NCBI RefSeq assembly: GCF_004010195.1
Contig: NC_057752.1
Span: 9,744,862-9,808,861, forward strand
Length of the DNA: 64,000 nt
Source of the DNA: Chiloscyllium plagiosum
Lineage: Eukaryota
Direction of reading: 5' to 3'
The notes under the pieces were generated by a model. It was not told where the DNA came from, ran no database searches, and was given only the letters and a program-made list of their open reading frames with translations. Shown here one piece after another: positions 61,540-64,000 of this stretch. Both the position numbers and the translations under genes were made by a program. The stretch's first letter is position 1; the number at the start of each line of letters is the position of its first letter.

Positions 61540-63850
61540 GTGCGGGCGTGTGCCTCAAACCAATTCTCATTTTACAGAGACTGTCAGGCCTTATTGACAG
61601 AGAGGAAAGGACAGAGTGTACTGCTGGAGTTTGGTGAGAGTCTCAAGTGGTAGGTTTTAAGGAATAGTTAAGTTTAACAGGCAATTTCAAAGTCTAGTGG
61701 TTCTATAAAACTAGCAACTTACTAAAAGTTCTCTTTGAATTGGGTGAAGTTTAATTGTAGCTTTAAACCAAGAGTTTATAGGCTTTCAGCTGAAGCCAAT
61801 TAATTAGACAACTGGTTTAATGCTGTTTCAAAAGGCTTTAAAATAGGGGCCATAAAAGGAGAGCACTTTCAGTGCTTGCAGTAGAGTGCAGTTAGAATTT
61901 GGTACAACTAGGAGAAAAAAAGGAGGGTGATCACTTATTCTTTAAAGTATGTGGAAATTGGAACTTTTAACTCAGAGCACTGGGGGTCAGAACAAATCAA
62001 AGCTTCTGATTGGGTCAGTAGAGATGGTGATTACTTACTATTACTGCTTTAACTTAAATCTTATTTTGTGGTTCATAAGTTCTGTATTAATAAAGGGAAG
62101 AAAGGTCCTAAAGTAACATTTTTGATTGGATTAAATTTTTTAAGAAACAGAAGTAGTCAGTCATTCTAGGAGAGCTCAGTCATGGTTTGCCCCTCTGGCT
62201 CTATGGAAAGACAGCTACGTTTCCCGTGTCAGCATGTTTGCAGGAGCTATCTCAAACTGAACATTTAGAGAGAAAAGTAGTCACACTACAGGCAGAAAAA
62301 GAATGGGTGACCACCAGGCATAGTAAGAGGATGAGACCAGTAGTTCAAGAATCCCTAATGCTTTGGAGACTGTTCAGGGAATGGGGTCTCTGAAAAGCCA
62401 CAACAGCCAAATTTGTTGTACCATGGTTGCCATGCTGCACCGAGGGAGTTGAAAGTGCAAGTAGAATACTTGAGGGATTTAATAAAGTGTTTGTGTGGCT
62501 GCAAGTGGAGCTCCAGGGTGGTATGCTCCCTCTAGTTTTGGTGTCAAGGATGCCTTAGAACAGTTACACGACCTGGAGGAGGAGGGTAACAAGCCAGTGC
62601 TTGTGGTACACTTTACTACTGATGCCACAGGCTTTTCAAAGGTCCTAAATGGGAGCTAGGAAGTAAGTTTGAAAAATAGGACCTCAAAGATATTAACAAA
62701 TACAAATCAGAAGACCACAAGCTTCAAATTTCTGGAACATTGGACTGGCTCTAGGGGGAGTGGACCAGTGTAATGAACCAGTTACACTGGGCAGGATCAG
62801 TGTATATTCTGGGATGAACATTTGCTAGTATGGTTGGGACATTTAGTTTAAACTAGAATGACAAAGGGGATGGGAACCTAAGCAAGGGTGATGAGGGAGA
62901 GAAATGAGGCTCGTAAATTGCAAAAGTAGATAGGTTAATTCAGGGCAATTTTTTTTTTTTTAAAAACACTGACCTGGAGTAGAAAGGCAAGCCTAAAAGC
63001 TTAGCTTTATGCACAAAGCATTCAATAAAGTACATGAACTGATGACACCAATAGTTTATGGCCAATGAAATTTATATCCATTTGAGGGGTTCAAGACCAA
63101 AGCTGGGAACATTGACATTCCACCTTTCAGAACGACAAGGTGGTGGGCCATCACTTGAGGACAGTTGCCAGACCAAGCTTTGACTTGGTCCATTTGAATG
63201 GAGACTTAGGTCTACTGTTTGATTATTATTAGATACCCAATGTAGGAAATAAAAGGTGCATCTAAAAACTACAAGTTATGGTGACTTTAATCATCTTTGG
63301 ATTAAAGTTCAAAAGAGTAGCTTCCAAGAGCAATGTCATCAAATCAACCAGACCAGTCATCTTTGACCTGGTAATGGTAATTAGACTTTTAAGGCAAAAC
63401 ATCACCTACAAAGTAGTGATCAAAACATGATAGAATGTAATGCTCAATAGAGAAACTTGGAGTGGAAACAATTGCAACTGATAAAGGGAATTACAATGAA
63501 ATGGGGATAGAGTTGGCTAAAGGGGACAGTTTTTTTTAAAACGAGAGACAGAAGCAAGCAGTGGTGAACCGAGAATTCATGACTCAGTAGAAATATCCCA
63601 GGATGGAGGGAGATTGAATGGGATAAACAAACCAAGGCTGGATAGTCAAGGACAGGATAAAGTTCTAGAAAAAAAAAATCAAGAGTCAGTGATAGCCTTG
63701 AAGACTAAGATAAATGCAGGATCCAAAGGATGGCTGAAGAGAAATAAACAATGGCAAATTAAAGACTATAACTGACAAGACTATATATAGTTAAGATGGC
63801 AAACTGTTCATTCACCCTTTAGAAAATGGATCAGGGAGATAATTTTTTGA
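61540..63850 (+). mobile_element. Highly decayed CR1 5' region (ORF1 esterase-like and endonuclease remnants)
   Basis: EWVTTR, SRVVCSL and PVLVVH-like ORF1 traces; MVTLI/MGDFN-like atggtgactttaat; SDQNMIE. Confidence 0.5.
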
Positions 63851-64000
63851 TTCTGGCAGTTTTCCAATCCACCAGCATTTTCAACATGACCTCCTACTCA
63901 AAAGGAGGCAGACAAAACGCATGTGACCTAACATCTATTGTTGCTATAAAATAGCAGCACACTAAGGGGGAAATCTATTCAAGCAGTTAGCATTTCTTTA

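Noticed and set aside
58677..64000. PTGES3 exon 1 and promoter
   Set aside because: No CpG island or convincing AT|GT first exon found; probably outside the window.

Overview
Repeat-rich vertebrate genomic DNA, most likely a shark (inferred from HE1-type tRNA-derived SINEs and abundant CR1-type LINEs). One host gene is well supported: PTGES3 (p23 co-chaperone / cytosolic PGE synthase) on the minus strand. Its coding exons 2-8 lie at 58676-50218 with canonical GT-AG splice sites; exon 1 was not found and is probably beyond the window end. The rest is mostly nested transposon debris: a Gypsy LTR remnant, Harbinger-type Myb/SANT and nuclease remnants, CR1 LINEs, a second CR1/L2-group LINE family, an L1 with ORF1, TSD and an internal assembly gap, HE1 SINEs, and Penelope-like (GIY-YIG) elements. 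The most notable unannotated signal is about ten minimal hammerhead-ribozyme motifs (CUGANGA-N-stem II-GAAA-NNUH) from at least three sequence families. They sit in Penelope terminal repeats and in ~100-200 bp TSD-flanked or palindromic mini-insertions. Hammerheads in Penelope-like elements are already known, so this is not a wholly new system, and activity is untested. Repeat boundaries are read by eye and approximate.
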